The notes beneath the pieces were generated by a model. That model was not told the origin of the DNA. It did not search any database and saw only the letters and a list, made by a program, of their open reading frames with translations. This document shows, in pieces, positions 49,079-59,060 of a stretch of DNA of 64,000 bases. The stretch spans positions 158,048-222,047 of the forward strand of contig JBEKVV010000005.1 in the NCBI GenBank assembly GCA_049513715.1, in the 5' to 3' direction. Position 1 is the stretch's first letter. Each line of letters opens with the position of its first letter. A program made the translations under genes and the position numbers. The DNA is from Candidatus Bathyarchaeia archaeon (GTDB lineage Archaea; Thermoproteota; Bathyarchaeia; 40CM-2-53-6).

Positions 49079-51996
49079 AATGGTTCACCTCCCGTCTGGA
49101 CGTGTTGGATTGGGAGTTTCAGCGTGAAGGTTGTTCCCTTTCCAACGGTGCTCTCAACGGATATAGAGCCACCATGGGCTTCTATAATGCGTCTGCAGAT
49201 TGGCAGTCCCAGCCCAATTCCCTTCGCCTTGGTCGTGTATAGTGGTGTCCAAATTTTCTCCACCATGTCTTGCGGGATTCCAACTCCTGTGTCCCTGATG
49301 GATATAGACACCTCTTGCTGTGTATTCATACTCGAGATCGACAATTTTCCGCCTTCCGGCATTGCGTCGATAGCGTTCTGAATAAGGTTGGTAAGTACAC
49401 GTTTGATCTTGGGTTCATCTGCGAGAATTTCTGGTGCATCAGCTGTCGTATCCTCTACTGTGATGTTGTTTGGAATCTTAACATCCGTAAGCGTCTGTCT
49501 TACGATCGATTTTGGTGTGGTAGGCACGAGTTGGAGCTGCATTTCTCTTGAAAACTCCAACAGGTCGTTGATGATTCCATTCGCGTGTTGAACTCCGTTG
49601 TCTATGACTGCCAGCATCTCTTTCGTGGAGGGGTCGGGTGCGTTTCGGAGATTTCTTCGTATGTTGTAGGTGGCTCCGGCTATTCCTTGCAGAGGGTTAC
49701 GTAGGTCATGGCCCACCATCGCAGCAGTTTCTCCAATCGCGGCGAGCCGCTGCGATTTGACAAGCTGTGCCTCCAACTTTTTCTGGGGAGTCAAATCGAC
49801 TATGCAGATCAGAACCTTTGCGAGTGATTGCTCGTAGCCAGGAACTACAGCGCATATCACGTTGCATTGCTTCGTTTCGCCGCCCAGAGTTCTGTTTTCG
49901 AGTTCTCCTTCATAGTACTTCTTGCCTTGAGCCAACGCAACGAGTTCACCCACAAATGCACGATTCGATTCTTCTGTTAAGACCCCGCTTAAACCTCCGA
50001 TAATCTCAACCTTTGACTTCGCGTTGTAGAGATCTAAGGTGGCTTCGTTCACGTTGAGGACTTTCACCAGTGCAGCGCATTTGGCAATGTCCTTGGGGTG
50101 GTTGGCGAAGTAGGCGCCAAAATCTGAAACCCCCTTTTGTCGCAATTCATCTAGGAATTGTTTCACTACGGAGAAGTCTTCCTCCCAGAGCGATACTGGG
50201 CAGGCTTCAAACAGCTCACGATACTTCTCCTCGCTTTCCCGTAGGTCCCTGGTTCTCTCAGCCACCAACTCCTCCAAGTGCAGCGAATGCTGCCTCAATT
50301 CCTCTTGCAACCGTTTACGTTCGGTGACGTCGCGGAGTATTCCTTCATGGTAAATGATGTGTCCCTGTTCGCCGTGAACGTAACGACCATGGTCTTCTAC
50401 CCAGACCTCGGACCCATCGTTTCGACGCATCCTGTATACTTCCACTTCTTCTTGGCCCGTGTCCAGAATGTGACTTCCGCGTTCTTCGGGTGAGAAATAC
50501 AGTTCCTTCTTGATGTCCGTAATGTCCAAGACTTCCTGCTTGCTCGAATACCTGAACATCTTTACAAAAGCAGAATTGACGTCGACAAATCGGCCCCCGT
50601 GCGTGCTACGGTATACTCCATCCAGCATCTGATTGAAGAGAGAACGGTATCGCTCTTCCGACTCACGAAGGTTCTCTTCCGCCCTCTTGCGTTCGGTGAT
50701 ATCTTGATGGGTTCCGATCATTCGGAGCGCTCGACCATTGGCGTCTCGGGCGCTTGCTCTTCCTCGGCCTAGAATCCATTTCCACCCGCCGCTCTTGGTC
50801 CTCATCCGAAATTCTATCTTGAAATTTGGGATCCGATTCTCAATGCAGTCTTGGTTGCTTCGCAAAACCCCGTCCCGTTCGTCAGGATGAATGAGATCCA
50901 TCCAAGACTGTGCAAGACCTGGGAACTCATCAGATTCATAGCCGAGCATCTGATAGTAGGCTGGACTGTAATAGATCGTACCAGTTTCCACGTTCCAGTC
51001 CCACAACCCATCATTGGTTGCTTCCATCGCCTGGCGGAAGCGTTCCTCGCTCACCCTCAACGCCTCCACCGATCTCATGCGTCCAAGCGCTGAGCCCACG
51101 TGAATCGCCAATGTCTCCAGAAGTTTCTGGTCTTCATCGCTAAAGGCGTCGAGACGTACGCTATCCACGCATAGGACTGCAACGGCTTCAGCGTCGATGA
51201 GCACGGGCACGACCAGTTCCGAAAGTACGGTGGGAGGGCCCGTCCAATCGTACCCTTTGGGGTCGACAAAGGCGGGTTCTTTTCGGGTATCGGATATTCT
51301 GAGTGTCGTCTTGGTGTTTGCAGCTTTGACTGTCGTGCCACGTCCCTCTAATGGCTGCGCTGAGAAGGCTACGGGTCTACCTCTGCTTCCCTTGATTTGT
51401 AGAGAGTCGTTTTCAACTAACAGGAAGTAGGCGTGTTCGAATCCAAGCGTAAACTCCAATGCATCAAGAGTGTACTTGACTATAGTGTCAATTTCCTCCG
51501 CTGAGCTGAGTTGCGATGCGTGCGTGTGTAGCGCTAGCAGCCTAGTTTCGTACTTGGCGCGTTCAGTGATGTCGACCCCCATGACAAGAAAACTCCGTTG
51601 TCCTTCTTCATCGAGTGCAAGTTGTTTTGGTGGAAGCAATAGGGTGCGGGTCGAGCCGTCTTTGCTTCGGAACGCCACCTCAAACTCTGAGGCTGCTCCG
51701 TCAATCAATGCCGCCTGTATTTGTGCAGCTGCTTTTTTCCTATGCTCAGGGACAACGAAGTCCAGAACATTCTTGCCGAGGATTTCATCCCTTGAGGCGC
51801 CCGACATTTCGAGAAGCGCGTTGTTTGCATCTATTATCTTTCCGTCTGGACCGAGCATCAGCATGACCGCTGAGCCGTCTTCACAAAGATACTTGTATTT
51901 CCGTTCAGAATTCAACAGCAGCGGTCGCGACTTAATCGACCTGCCCTTGGTTAGGTTTCTTTTCGTCATTTTTCTCGTCGTTTTCTCAATCAACAC
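49075..51996 (-). CDS. PAS/GAF sensor histidine kinase
   Basis: Multiple PAS/PAC domains, GAF, H-box VGHDLRNPL, N/G boxes (NLIQNA, DTGVGI, GIGLGL). Confidence 0.93.
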   Translation of the reverse strand: MLIEKTTRKMTKRNLTKGRSIKSRPLLLNSERKYKYLCEDGSAVMLMLGPDGKIIDANNALLEMSGASRDEILGKNVLDFVVPEHRKKAAAQIQAALIDGAASEFEVAFRSKDGSTRTLLLPPKQLALDEEGQRSFLVMGVDITERAKYETRLLALHTHASQLSSAEEIDTIVKYTLDALEFTLGFEHAYFLLVENDSLQIKGSRGRPVAFSAQPLEGRGTTVKAANTKTTLRISDTRKEPAFVDPKGYDWTGPPTVLSELVVPVLIDAEAVAVLCVDSVRLDAFSDEDQKLLETLAIHVGSALGRMRSVEALRVSEERFRQAMEATNDGLWDWNVETGTIYYSPAYYQMLGYESDEFPGLAQSWMDLIHPDERDGVLRSNQDCIENRIPNFKIEFRMRTKSGGWKWILGRGRASARDANGRALRMIGTHQDITERKRAEENLRESEERYRSLFNQMLDGVYRSTHGGRFVDVNSAFVKMFRYSSKQEVLDITDIKKELYFSPEERGSHILDTGQEEVEVYRMRRNDGSEVWVEDHGRYVHGEQGHIIYHEGILRDVTERKRLQEELRQHSLHLEELVAERTRDLRESEEKYRELFEACPVSLWEEDFSVVKQFLDELRQKGVSDFGAYFANHPKDIAKCAALVKVLNVNEATLDLYNAKSKVEIIGGLSGVLTEESNRAFVGELVALAQGKKYYEGELENRTLGGETKQCNVICAVVPGYEQSLAKVLICIVDLTPQKKLEAQLVKSQRLAAIGETAAMVGHDLRNPLQGIAGATYNIRRNLRNAPDPSTKEMLAVIDNGVQHANGIINDLLEFSREMQLQLVPTTPKSIVRQTLTDVKIPNNITVEDTTADAPEILADEPKIKRVLTNLIQNAIDAMPEGGKLSISSMNTQQEVSISIRDTGVGIPQDMVEKIWTPLYTTKAKGIGLGLPICRRIIEAHGGSISVESTVGKGTTFTLKLPIQHVQTGGEPL

Positions 51997-52381
51997 ATGT
52001 ACCCAGCCACTTGGATGATGAGTTCTGCAGCTTCATCTTCGCCTCGTCAACATATTCGAGCAGAGTGCGACTCGGATTGTCTGTGAACTCGAGCCCCAAT
52101 TTGAGGTAGAATCTTCTGGCGATGGCCTTTGTTATGGTCTGCGAACTGCGAACGCCAAAAATCTTCTCCAGAGTAGTGAGTAGAGTGTCAAGTCTGTAAG
52201 GGACCTCATCCCTCGAAATGGAGTAAATTGTTTGTAGATGGGCATATAGCGCATCAACCACGGCTTGGCTAAGTAGATCAGTTATGGTCTCGTCTATGGA
52301 TTCGACCAAGACATCGTTGAACTCTCTGCCGAGTTGTGGTTGTCGCAATTCAATCAGCGGATCTTGAAGGCCTCTATGCAT
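51986..52381 (-). CDS. Conserved archaeal hypothetical protein upstream of the kinase
   Basis: 131-aa helical ORF overlapping the kinase start. Confidence 0.6.
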   Translation of the reverse strand: MHRGLQDPLIELRQPQLGREFNDVLVESIDETITDLLSQAVVDALYAHLQTIYSISRDEVPYRLDTLLTTLEKIFGVRSSQTITKAIARRFYLKLGLEFTDNPSRTLLEYVDEAKMKLQNSSSKWLGTCVD

Positions 52382-52396
52382 CAGCGCCTGAGAGGT

Positions 52397-52558
52397 TTAT
52401 TCCTCGATCTTCACCGTGCCTCGTTTTACCAGAATCTTATCGTGGTCTTTGATGAACACTATTAGGTCGCCGTTGTTGGCCCTGAGGAATTCTCTTACAA
52501 ATTTCGGGAGCGTCAACTGATATTTTCCCGTAATCGTAGACTTACCTACAACTTCCAT
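52397..52558 (-). CDS. AbrB/MazE/SpoVT family DNA-binding protein
   Basis: STITGKYQLTLPK.VRE.L....GD.IVF. Confidence 0.85.
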   Translation of the reverse strand: MEVVGKSTITGKYQLTLPKFVREFLRANNGDLIVFIKDHDKILVKRGTVKIEE

Positions 52559-52775
52559 GGAATCACGCCTACATGGAAACATGGAATACGTGGTCATACG
52601 TATTCTGTCACTATCAATAGGACCGTTTGGTAACAACCCAAGCAAACGTGGAAAAGCCTTCGAAAACGGCTCAAAAATGAGGAGAGCAGGATCAAAATCG
52701 GGCTATCAAACCCATGATATGGTGGGGTCGGTGGGATATCAGCCACGAATTTCGATACAGGGTGTGGAGCTGAAA

Positions 52776-52820
52776 GCGCCGGGGGTGGGATTTTGACCCC
52801 ACTTTACCGGTACTTATAGG
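52776..52820 (+). repeat. R1 site 11 (tRNA-Ser-like 3'-end left arm)
   Basis: GCGCCGGGGG-TGGG-ATTTTGA-CCCC-ACTTTACCGGTACTTATAGG; a further tRNA-end-like remnant at ~52719-52747. Confidence 0.88.
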
Positions 52821-52922
52821 CCATTAAGATTCGTGAAGCGAATTACTGGCTTATTGTCTACTGAGAGAGAAACTTCTTCTAAGTCTTACTATGCACTCCT
52901 GTACTTGGTTTGGAGCGTTGGC

Positions 52923-53284
52923 TTTGGTTCGGTCCTAATTCAGCCACTTTTTGGGTGCTGTGAGCCACTGGGTGGAATAGTGGAACTTGCGCCACGCTAC
53001 CTTAAGTATAACTTGGGCCCTTGTAAGGTTAGGAAAGATATCCGTAGAGGTGAAATGAAAAATGGCAACAAAACGCAAGGTCAAGATGCGAGTTAACGCA
53101 GACGCTCCAAGATCCGAAAAGGGTTCTAGTGAATACGTAGCATAAGCCCATCGTGGCTTGATGATTGGACGGGTTTTTTTCGGAACCGTCCCGACGACCC
53201 TTTTTCCGGTAAACTCACAATTTTCAAGCGTGCGTGCGGGTCTAATGTTGCAGGCAACTATGTTGAGACGTCTAAGTTCAGAGA
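52923..53284 (+). repeat. Micro-cassette copy 2
   Basis: Homologous to 1620-1976; lies between R1 sites 11 and 12. Confidence 0.9.
53062..53145 (+). CDS. 27-aa basic peptide MATKRKVKMRVNADAPRSEKGSSEYVA (not in ORF track)
   Basis: GAGGTGA ribosome-binding site, CTTAAGTATAA TATA-like box; 26/27 aa identical to 1753-1836. Confidence 0.75.
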   Translation: MATKRKVKMRVNADAPRSEKGSSEYVA

Positions 53285-53327
53285 TGATTCAGGGGATTTC
53301 AACCCCAATTTACCGGTACATATAGGC
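53277..53327 (+). repeat. R1 site 12
   Basis: TTCAGAGATGATTCA-GGGG-ATTTCAA-CCCC-AATTTACCGGTACATATAGGC. Confidence 0.92.
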
Positions 53328-53403
53328 GAACTAGTGAGTCCGATGAGACATCACCCGGCCAATTGGTGGGGTTACGGCATTTTCTCCTTCCCAGCTTGTT
53401 GTA

Positions 53404-54720
53404 TCACGCAACGAGAATCAGGAAGAAGTACAGTACTGTAACAGTGACGACTGTGATGGGAATTCCGATTTTCAGAAAATCGAAGAACCTCACGGTCTGT
53501 CCTTGCTTTTCAGCTTCCTCTACGATGATGAGGGTACTCACTGCCCCAAGCAACGTAAGATTACCCGCCAGTGTACTTCCCGCCCCAAGGGCTATCCAAG
53601 CGTAAATGCTCTGTGAACCGAAACTCAAGGATTTCATCAACGGAATGTACAGCGCAACCATCGGTACATTACTCAAGACCTGACTAAGCAAGACACTGGA
53701 AACCAGAATTGCCGCGATAGTCGAATGAGGGCTCCCAACGCTAATCGCAGGAAGGTAACCAGCCATGGCAGCGATGATGCCGTTATCCCACACAGCCTGA
53801 GTAAGCACGAACAATGAAGCGAACAGGACGAGAATGCCCCAATCAATCGATTGGATAACTTCCCTACTACGACCGCAGAAAGCCAATAACAGCACCGCTC
53901 CGAACAGTGATACTTCAGCAATTCCAAATGGCGTTCCTACTCCTACCTCTTCAAGGAAGTTCACAAGAAATATCGCAGCAATGGTCAGGGTGGTGATTGA
54001 GATAGAGAGCTTTGCGAACCGGCCGTCTTTCAAGACATCTTTCTGCACTGCGGCTTCAAAATCAATCAAGTCCCGGAAACCCTTTCGTGCCCTCGCAAAC
54101 TCATGACGGAGTAGATGCCTCAGAAGATAATAGGTCAGAATGAGGTTGATTATTGTTGGGATCAGCAGGTATTTTGCAAAGGTAAGCACGGGTGCCCGCA
54201 TTCCACTGGCCAAGGCAACGAGTAAGTTCTGCGGATTTCCCATTGGTGTTACGACGCTGCCGATAGTAACAGCGAATGCTAATGTAAGAAGGAGAGGTCG
54301 TGAGGGGATCTTCATTTTCTTGGCGAGCGAAATCATGACTGGAGTGCCCATGAGGGCGAGGGTGTCGTTCATTAGAACGGCGCTGGCTGCTGCAAACCCG
54401 AAGAATGTTAGATACAAGACGTCCTCAGGTTTCTTCGCCTTAAGCAAGAGCCAAGTTGTGAATGTGTCCAGGACTCCTGCAATGTCAAGTGCTGTGACTA
54501 GCGTAAACATGCTGAAGAGAAAGAGTAAGACATGAAGATCAACTGCCTTGTAAGCGTCGGTTACGCTGATCGACCCTGACACAACCATGGCTGCTGCACC
54601 AATCAGCAGAATCAACCAAATTGGAAACTTCCACCCTTTCACGTTTCGGAAAGCTAGGACAGCGTAGGTTGCAGCGAAAATACCTAGTGCGACAAGAGGC
54701 TTAGGATCGGGAAGAGACAA
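53404..54720 (-). CDS. ArsB/NhaD (SLC13/CitMHS-like) anion permease
   Basis: SA.LMND, GS..TPMGNPQN, SQ.LSNVP, STLAGNLTLLG; only gene between R1 sites 12 and 13. Confidence 0.88.
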   Translation of the reverse strand: MSLPDPKPLVALGIFAATYAVLAFRNVKGWKFPIWLILLIGAAAMVVSGSISVTDAYKAVDLHVLLFLFSMFTLVTALDIAGVLDTFTTWLLLKAKKPEDVLYLTFFGFAAASAVLMNDTLALMGTPVMISLAKKMKIPSRPLLLTLAFAVTIGSVVTPMGNPQNLLVALASGMRAPVLTFAKYLLIPTIINLILTYYLLRHLLRHEFARARKGFRDLIDFEAAVQKDVLKDGRFAKLSISITTLTIAAIFLVNFLEEVGVGTPFGIAEVSLFGAVLLLAFCGRSREVIQSIDWGILVLFASLFVLTQAVWDNGIIAAMAGYLPAISVGSPHSTIAAILVSSVLLSQVLSNVPMVALYIPLMKSLSFGSQSIYAWIALGAGSTLAGNLTLLGAVSTLIIVEEAEKQGQTVRFFDFLKIGIPITVVTVTVLYFFLILVA

Positions 54721-54832
54721 ATTTCCAACTCAAATGCTCAACGAAACAGTTCAGTGGACATTCTCGGGCCAACCTTGAGACGACGTGTCTGGCATTGATT
54801 TGTGTGTCATTAAAGGAAGCTTCTGAACTAGC

Positions 54833-54882
54833 TCACGGATAGTTCAGCGGATTCGAACACCAATCTACTTGTACATATAAGC
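54833..54882 (+). repeat. R1 site 13 (degenerate)
   Basis: TCACGGATAGTTCA-GCGG-ATTCGAA-CACC-AATCTACTTGTACATATAAGC; same spacing as consensus; followed by a tRNA-end remnant and an R2 site (54924-54959). Confidence 0.7.
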
Positions 54883-55000
54883 ACAGACTTGTGAGGCCGG
54901 TTGAATTTGAACCCTAGTTTTCAGTGTGTGTGTGCACGCACCAGCCTATCCACACACACGAGAGGACTGGCTGCTTGTAACTGCGGCTAATGCATGATGT

Positions 55001-56344
55001 TTAGCTTTGGACTTTGCCAGAAATCATGGCGCCACCGCTTTCCTGTTTCCGGTTGTGGTGGAATATGATGAAGAGCAAGCAACCTATCACCAGAAACACG
55101 CTTCCCATCAACAGTATTTGCAGATCCATATAGGCCAGTAAAGCCACTGAGGAGATCACCGCCAAGAATGGGATGTATCGGGTGTGTAATACGTGAGTTT
55201 TCCAATTCGCTCTGGCGAGTAGTCTGATGGTCGAAAGACAGCTGAAGAGATATGGAATAATTGTGAAGAGAATTGTTAGAGAAGCCAAGCTTTTGAAATC
55301 TGAAACGGCGAAGACTAACGAAATGGCGAGAACAGTCTGAATCATCATGGCGCGATCAGGAGTATTGAATCGGCTGTGCAAATGGTCTAAGAAGCTGGGG
55401 AACAAGCCGTCCTTTGCCATCGCATAAGATATTCGTGAAGCTCCGAGGATTACGGCATTCAATGAACCTAGGATAGCGATCAATCCACCCAACGCTACTA
55501 GAATTCCTCCAGCATTTCCGACGTATGACTGGGTTGCCGCTTGGAACAGGTCAGCAAGGGGTGATTGTGAGGTCAGGTATGATTCCCAACGTCCTAATCC
55601 CAACGCTGCGCCAGCGACGAGTAGATAGATCGCCATGACAGTGAAGACGGAGATGATTATGGCTCGGGGGACGGTTTTCTTGGCGTTATGGATTTCTTCT
55701 CCAGGCACGGTTATTATTTCGACACCCAAGTATGCCCACAAAGCGAAGACGGTGGCGGATCCGATTGCTGGTAGGAGATTTGCTTTTGGAGGAAGTAGTG
55801 GGTAGTAGTTCTTGAAGTTCAACAATGAAAACCCGACAATTGCGAAGACGATGAGTGGAACTATTTTGCCCACCGTGAATACGTCTTCTGTCCTCCCCCC
55901 TGATTTTACGCCTCTATAGTTCACCGCAGTTAGAAGAAGAGCGATTGCTGTGGAAATGAGTATTCTCTGGAAGTTCGAAAGGTACGGCAGGAAGAATCTC
56001 AAATAGAGTGACGCTGCGACTGTCTCAGTCGCTATCGTCATCCAATATCCAGTTCAGAACGACCAACCGGTCAAAAACCCAACGCCATTTCCGAATGACT
56101 TGTGAGCGTAAGCGTAGAGTCCTCCTACCTGAGGCACTTTCTGCGCATTCTCCGCAAAGCAAAGACCGGTTATTATTGAGTAGACTCCTGCTATGATCCA
56201 CGAGACAAGCGAATATGTACCTGCCACGCTTGCCATGAGTATTGGAAAGAGGAATATTCCGGAACCTATTATGAAACCAATCCCGAGAAGCACTGAGTCG
56301 AAGAGACTCAGATCTTTAGTGAACCGCGTCTGGACTTTTCGCAA
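55001..56344 (-). pseudogene. APC amino acid permease interrupted by an in-frame TGA (56054-56056)
   Basis: ORFs 56054-56344 and 55001-56041 share a frame: GFLTGWSF*TGYWMTIA; IIGSGIF, GGLYAY, WAYLGVE, SRISYAMAKDG. Confidence 0.82.
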
Positions 56345-56383
56345 CTTGGGCTGTGATGACTAAGAGGGGATTAATACGTTTCC

Positions 56384-56527
56384 GTGCGAGCATCAGAATT
56401 TGAACTTGTTCAATTTCGTGTGTGTGTGGGTCTGATGGTGCGGGCACCAGAAATTGAACTGTCAGTCCCGCCGTAATTTTGTGTGTGTGCGCGCACAAGC
56501 ATACCCACACACAGGTCTGGTGGTGCG
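56384..56527. repeat. Cluster of R2 sites
   Basis: GTGCGAGCATCAGAATTTGAAC; GTGTGTGTGTGGGTCTGATGGTGCGGGCACCAGAAATTGAAC; GTGTGTGTGCGCGCACAAGCATACCCACACACA; GGTCTGGTGGTGCG. Confidence 0.78.
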
Positions 56528-56575
56528 TCTCTCATTCCTACCATGACGAGGTGGCTATTGTCGTGTTCAGACAAG

Positions 56576-57514
56576 CTAGCTTTCTCCTGACACTGTCAAG
56601 TGCAGTCCAGTGAATGGGATTGCCCCCTTTTCACGGAAGGACTCGTGCACTTTTCGTATATTAGTTGAGAGCGAGAATTTGTGATAGAGGACCGTAAGAA
56701 ATAACGACGCCGGAAACAAGAAGAGAAGCAAAGTAGCTAAACCAATCAAGGCCGAGGTAAACGTCCCACCCGCCGTGAAGAGACGCACCAGAACTGAGTA
56801 GAATGCGCCTAACCCCCATAGATTCGCGAGAAACGGGCTCCACCTGAAGTCTTGAACTATGAACCTCCTCCTGTCGAAGAATCTCAATTCGAGTCCCTCG
56901 ACGACGAATTTCACCGGTACAATAAAGGCTGAGAATGGTAGAAGCCAGATACTCGTCCAAAGCAGGTTGTAGGCTAAGCTGAGGGCGGGATCAGCCGCGT
57001 GGTTTCCCAAGATACCGATCTGTACGAGTGAATCTGCCAGAGGAGGACTTGCCTTTGCGAGATAACTCAGAATCTGCAGTGTGATGTTTGAGAATCCAAA
57101 GAAGAAGAGAAGTGGGAAGATGGATCTCGTAACGATTTGGAATTCACTGAAACCTCGCTGGGCAGATCCTGCGCCCAGCAACGTGTATTTACCGAGATCC
57201 GGATGAAATCTGGACTTGCCAAATCCATGAATCATAACGCACGCCATCCTCGGCGAGACAAAATGCCATAGGACCTCAGCAAGGCAGGCGAATCCTAAAG
57301 AGTACATGGCCAGAGAGGGACTCCACCACAGAGAGATGACTATCGCAACTGCAACTAATGCGCCAGTCATGATAGTGCCGCGTTTCCGATTGCCCCTCTC
57401 AAGCGAACGTTTTCGCGGCGGCTTGATGGTTGCCTTGAAGTAGAATGGCCGGCGGCAGTTCTTGCAAGACTCTTGGTCCGGTTCCGAATTAGTCCCACAT
57501 TGCAGGCATTTCAA
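56576..57514 (-). CDS. Hypothetical membrane protein with N-terminal zinc ribbon
   Basis: CLQCG...CKNC followed by about 6 TM segments. Confidence 0.65.
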   Translation of the reverse strand: MKCLQCGTNSEPDQESCKNCRRPFYFKATIKPPRKRSLERGNRKRGTIMTGALVAVAIVISLWWSPSLAMYSLGFACLAEVLWHFVSPRMACVMIHGFGKSRFHPDLGKYTLLGAGSAQRGFSEFQIVTRSIFPLLFFFGFSNITLQILSYLAKASPPLADSLVQIGILGNHAADPALSLAYNLLWTSIWLLPFSAFIVPVKFVVEGLELRFFDRRRFIVQDFRWSPFLANLWGLGAFYSVLVRLFTAGGTFTSALIGLATLLLFLFPASLFLTVLYHKFSLSTNIRKVHESFREKGAIPFTGLHLTVSGES

Positions 57515-57645
57515 GCCTATCGCTTCATCTCATCGCTGGGCAGTACGAAATCGAACTCGCAGGTCAACTAAATCATTTCGAAAGTGAATGGTGGACTCAT
57601 CCGCCTAGTTTCAATCGTCGACTAGCCTCACAGTATTTTCTCTCT

Positions 57646-57686
57646 GTGCGTGTGATACCAATGGTGCGAGCATCGCAATTTGAACC
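57646..57686 (-). repeat. R2 site (inverted, degenerate)
   Basis: GTGCGTGTGATACCAA-TGGTGCG-AGCATCGCAATTTGAACC on +. Confidence 0.7.
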
Positions 57687-57828
57687 GTCAGTCTGGTGGT
57701 GGGCCTCATACGTGATACTGTTTCGCATGCAAGCTGTCTTCCGAATCCTATCACTAGGGCAGACGACAATAAGACTTGCGAGTAGACACCTGTATCACAC
57801 TGAACTTGGTTGCTGAACTTGGTTATGC

Positions 57829-57879
57829 TTCAGAGATGGGGCAGGGGATTTCAGCCCCAATTTACCCGTACATATAAGC
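57829..57879 (+). repeat. R1 site 14 (closest to the integrase)
   Basis: TTCAGAGATGGGGCA-GGGG-ATTTCAG-CCCC-AATTTACCCGTACATATAAGC. Confidence 0.92.
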
Positions 57880-58007
57880 CAGCAGTGCACGGAACAACGT
57901 AAGTTCAAACTCCGTTCCTCGGAATAGTAGCGGAATAGCAGACCCATACACAAAATCAGAGTTCAACACACCAGAGAAGGAAGTTGTAAGGGAAGGATGA
58001 AGGAGGC

Positions 58008-58577
58008 ATGTCTATCTTCCGGATCGGGAGGCGACTTCGAAGCCAGCGAGGATTAGCATCCCTTATCGCTTTGTACGCAATTTCCGTTCTCCTGGATTGG
58101 GGAACATCTGCGCTTTTCACTCTAATGAGGTTCGGTGAATGTGAAGGGAACAGCATCGTTCGTGCCTTCTTCGAGAAGCCTACACTGGAAAACTTCTGGT
58201 TACTTGCAGGGAACCAACTGTACTTGCCCGTAGCTAATACGTGGCAAGATTGGATTAGCTTCGCGTTTCTCACCATGCTGCCGTTTGGAGCAAGCGTTGC
58301 CCTAATTGCAATCCGGCTAAGACCATCCTTTGCGCAATGGTCAAAGGTCAGCTTGGGCTTTGTATCGAGATTCCTTCAACAGATATTCTTGGTTGTTATT
58401 GTCATTCTGATTTCGATCCGCTTCCTGCTGGGAGCTGCTTCCAATATTGCAACGATCATATCTGTCAGTCTCTGGGCGCAATGTCTCACAGGAAACGGCG
58501 CCTTACTTCTATTCACCATATGTGGAATTGCGCTCGCCATCTTCTGCCTTCTCTTCCTTGAACAACTTAACAGGTAA
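58008..58577 (+). CDS. Hypothetical membrane protein
   Basis: GAAGGAGG ribosome-binding site; 4 hydrophobic segments; LD...T......E.N pattern. Confidence 0.6.
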   Translation: MSIFRIGRRLRSQRGLASLIALYAISVLLDWGTSALFTLMRFGECEGNSIVRAFFEKPTLENFWLLAGNQLYLPVANTWQDWISFAFLTMLPFGASVALIAIRLRPSFAQWSKVSLGFVSRFLQQIFLVVIVILISIRFLLGAASNIATIISVSLWAQCLTGNGALLLFTICGIALAIFCLLFLEQLNR

Positions 58578-58592
58578 CACAGGCCTCAGACA

Positions 58593-59060
58593 ATGACACA
58601 CCACAGGAAAGACGAGACGAGTGAATGGGAGAAGATTGCACCTCAGTGGGTCATAGCAGATAACGAGAAGTTGAAAGAGGAAGGCTTCAAGGTCCAAGCA
58701 GCTGCACGTTCTCTGATACGAAGACTCGGATATGATATTCTGAAAGCTGAAGAGGAAATGTTTTCTCCAGCAAAGATGCAGATTCTGGAAAGGAAGCTGG
58801 GACGTCACTTAGCCAGATATTCTGACTACATTGTCAGGAGCGGAAGGCACCTATACGTTGTTGATGTTAAGGCCAAAGAATTCGGGATTCTAATCGTCGG
58901 TGGACAGCGACACCTTCTGTTTAACGAATCGATATTTCTTCACAGAGACTACGTCGACACCATGGTTCCTGTCCTTGTCTTGGCTGTTCTGTACCCAAGA
59001 GGTCTATTTGGTCCCTCAGGAATGCGAAACAAGAAGGTGTACTATATTATGTGCGACTCG
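58593..59060 (+). pseudogene. Probable PD-(D/E)XK nuclease-like protein, 3' end replaced by an antisense methyltransferase fragment
   Basis: E..G, YSDYIV...LYVVDVKAK pattern; after ~59050 the ORF is the shadow of the minus-strand MTase. Confidence 0.45.

Noticed and set aside
52833..53096. 87-aa ORF as the cassette gene
   Set aside because: Its frame is not preserved in the homologous copy at 1620-1976, whereas the 27-aa frame is.
22072..56056. UGA recoding (Trp or selenocysteine) suggested by two in-frame TGA codons
   Set aside because: Many intact genes end in TGA and use TGG for Trp; no Sec context; simple nonsense mutation is sufficient.
1986..57879. R1 repeats as a CRISPR array
   Set aside because: Spacing is 0.5-24 kb and contains whole genes; no cas genes; the core is tRNA-derived.
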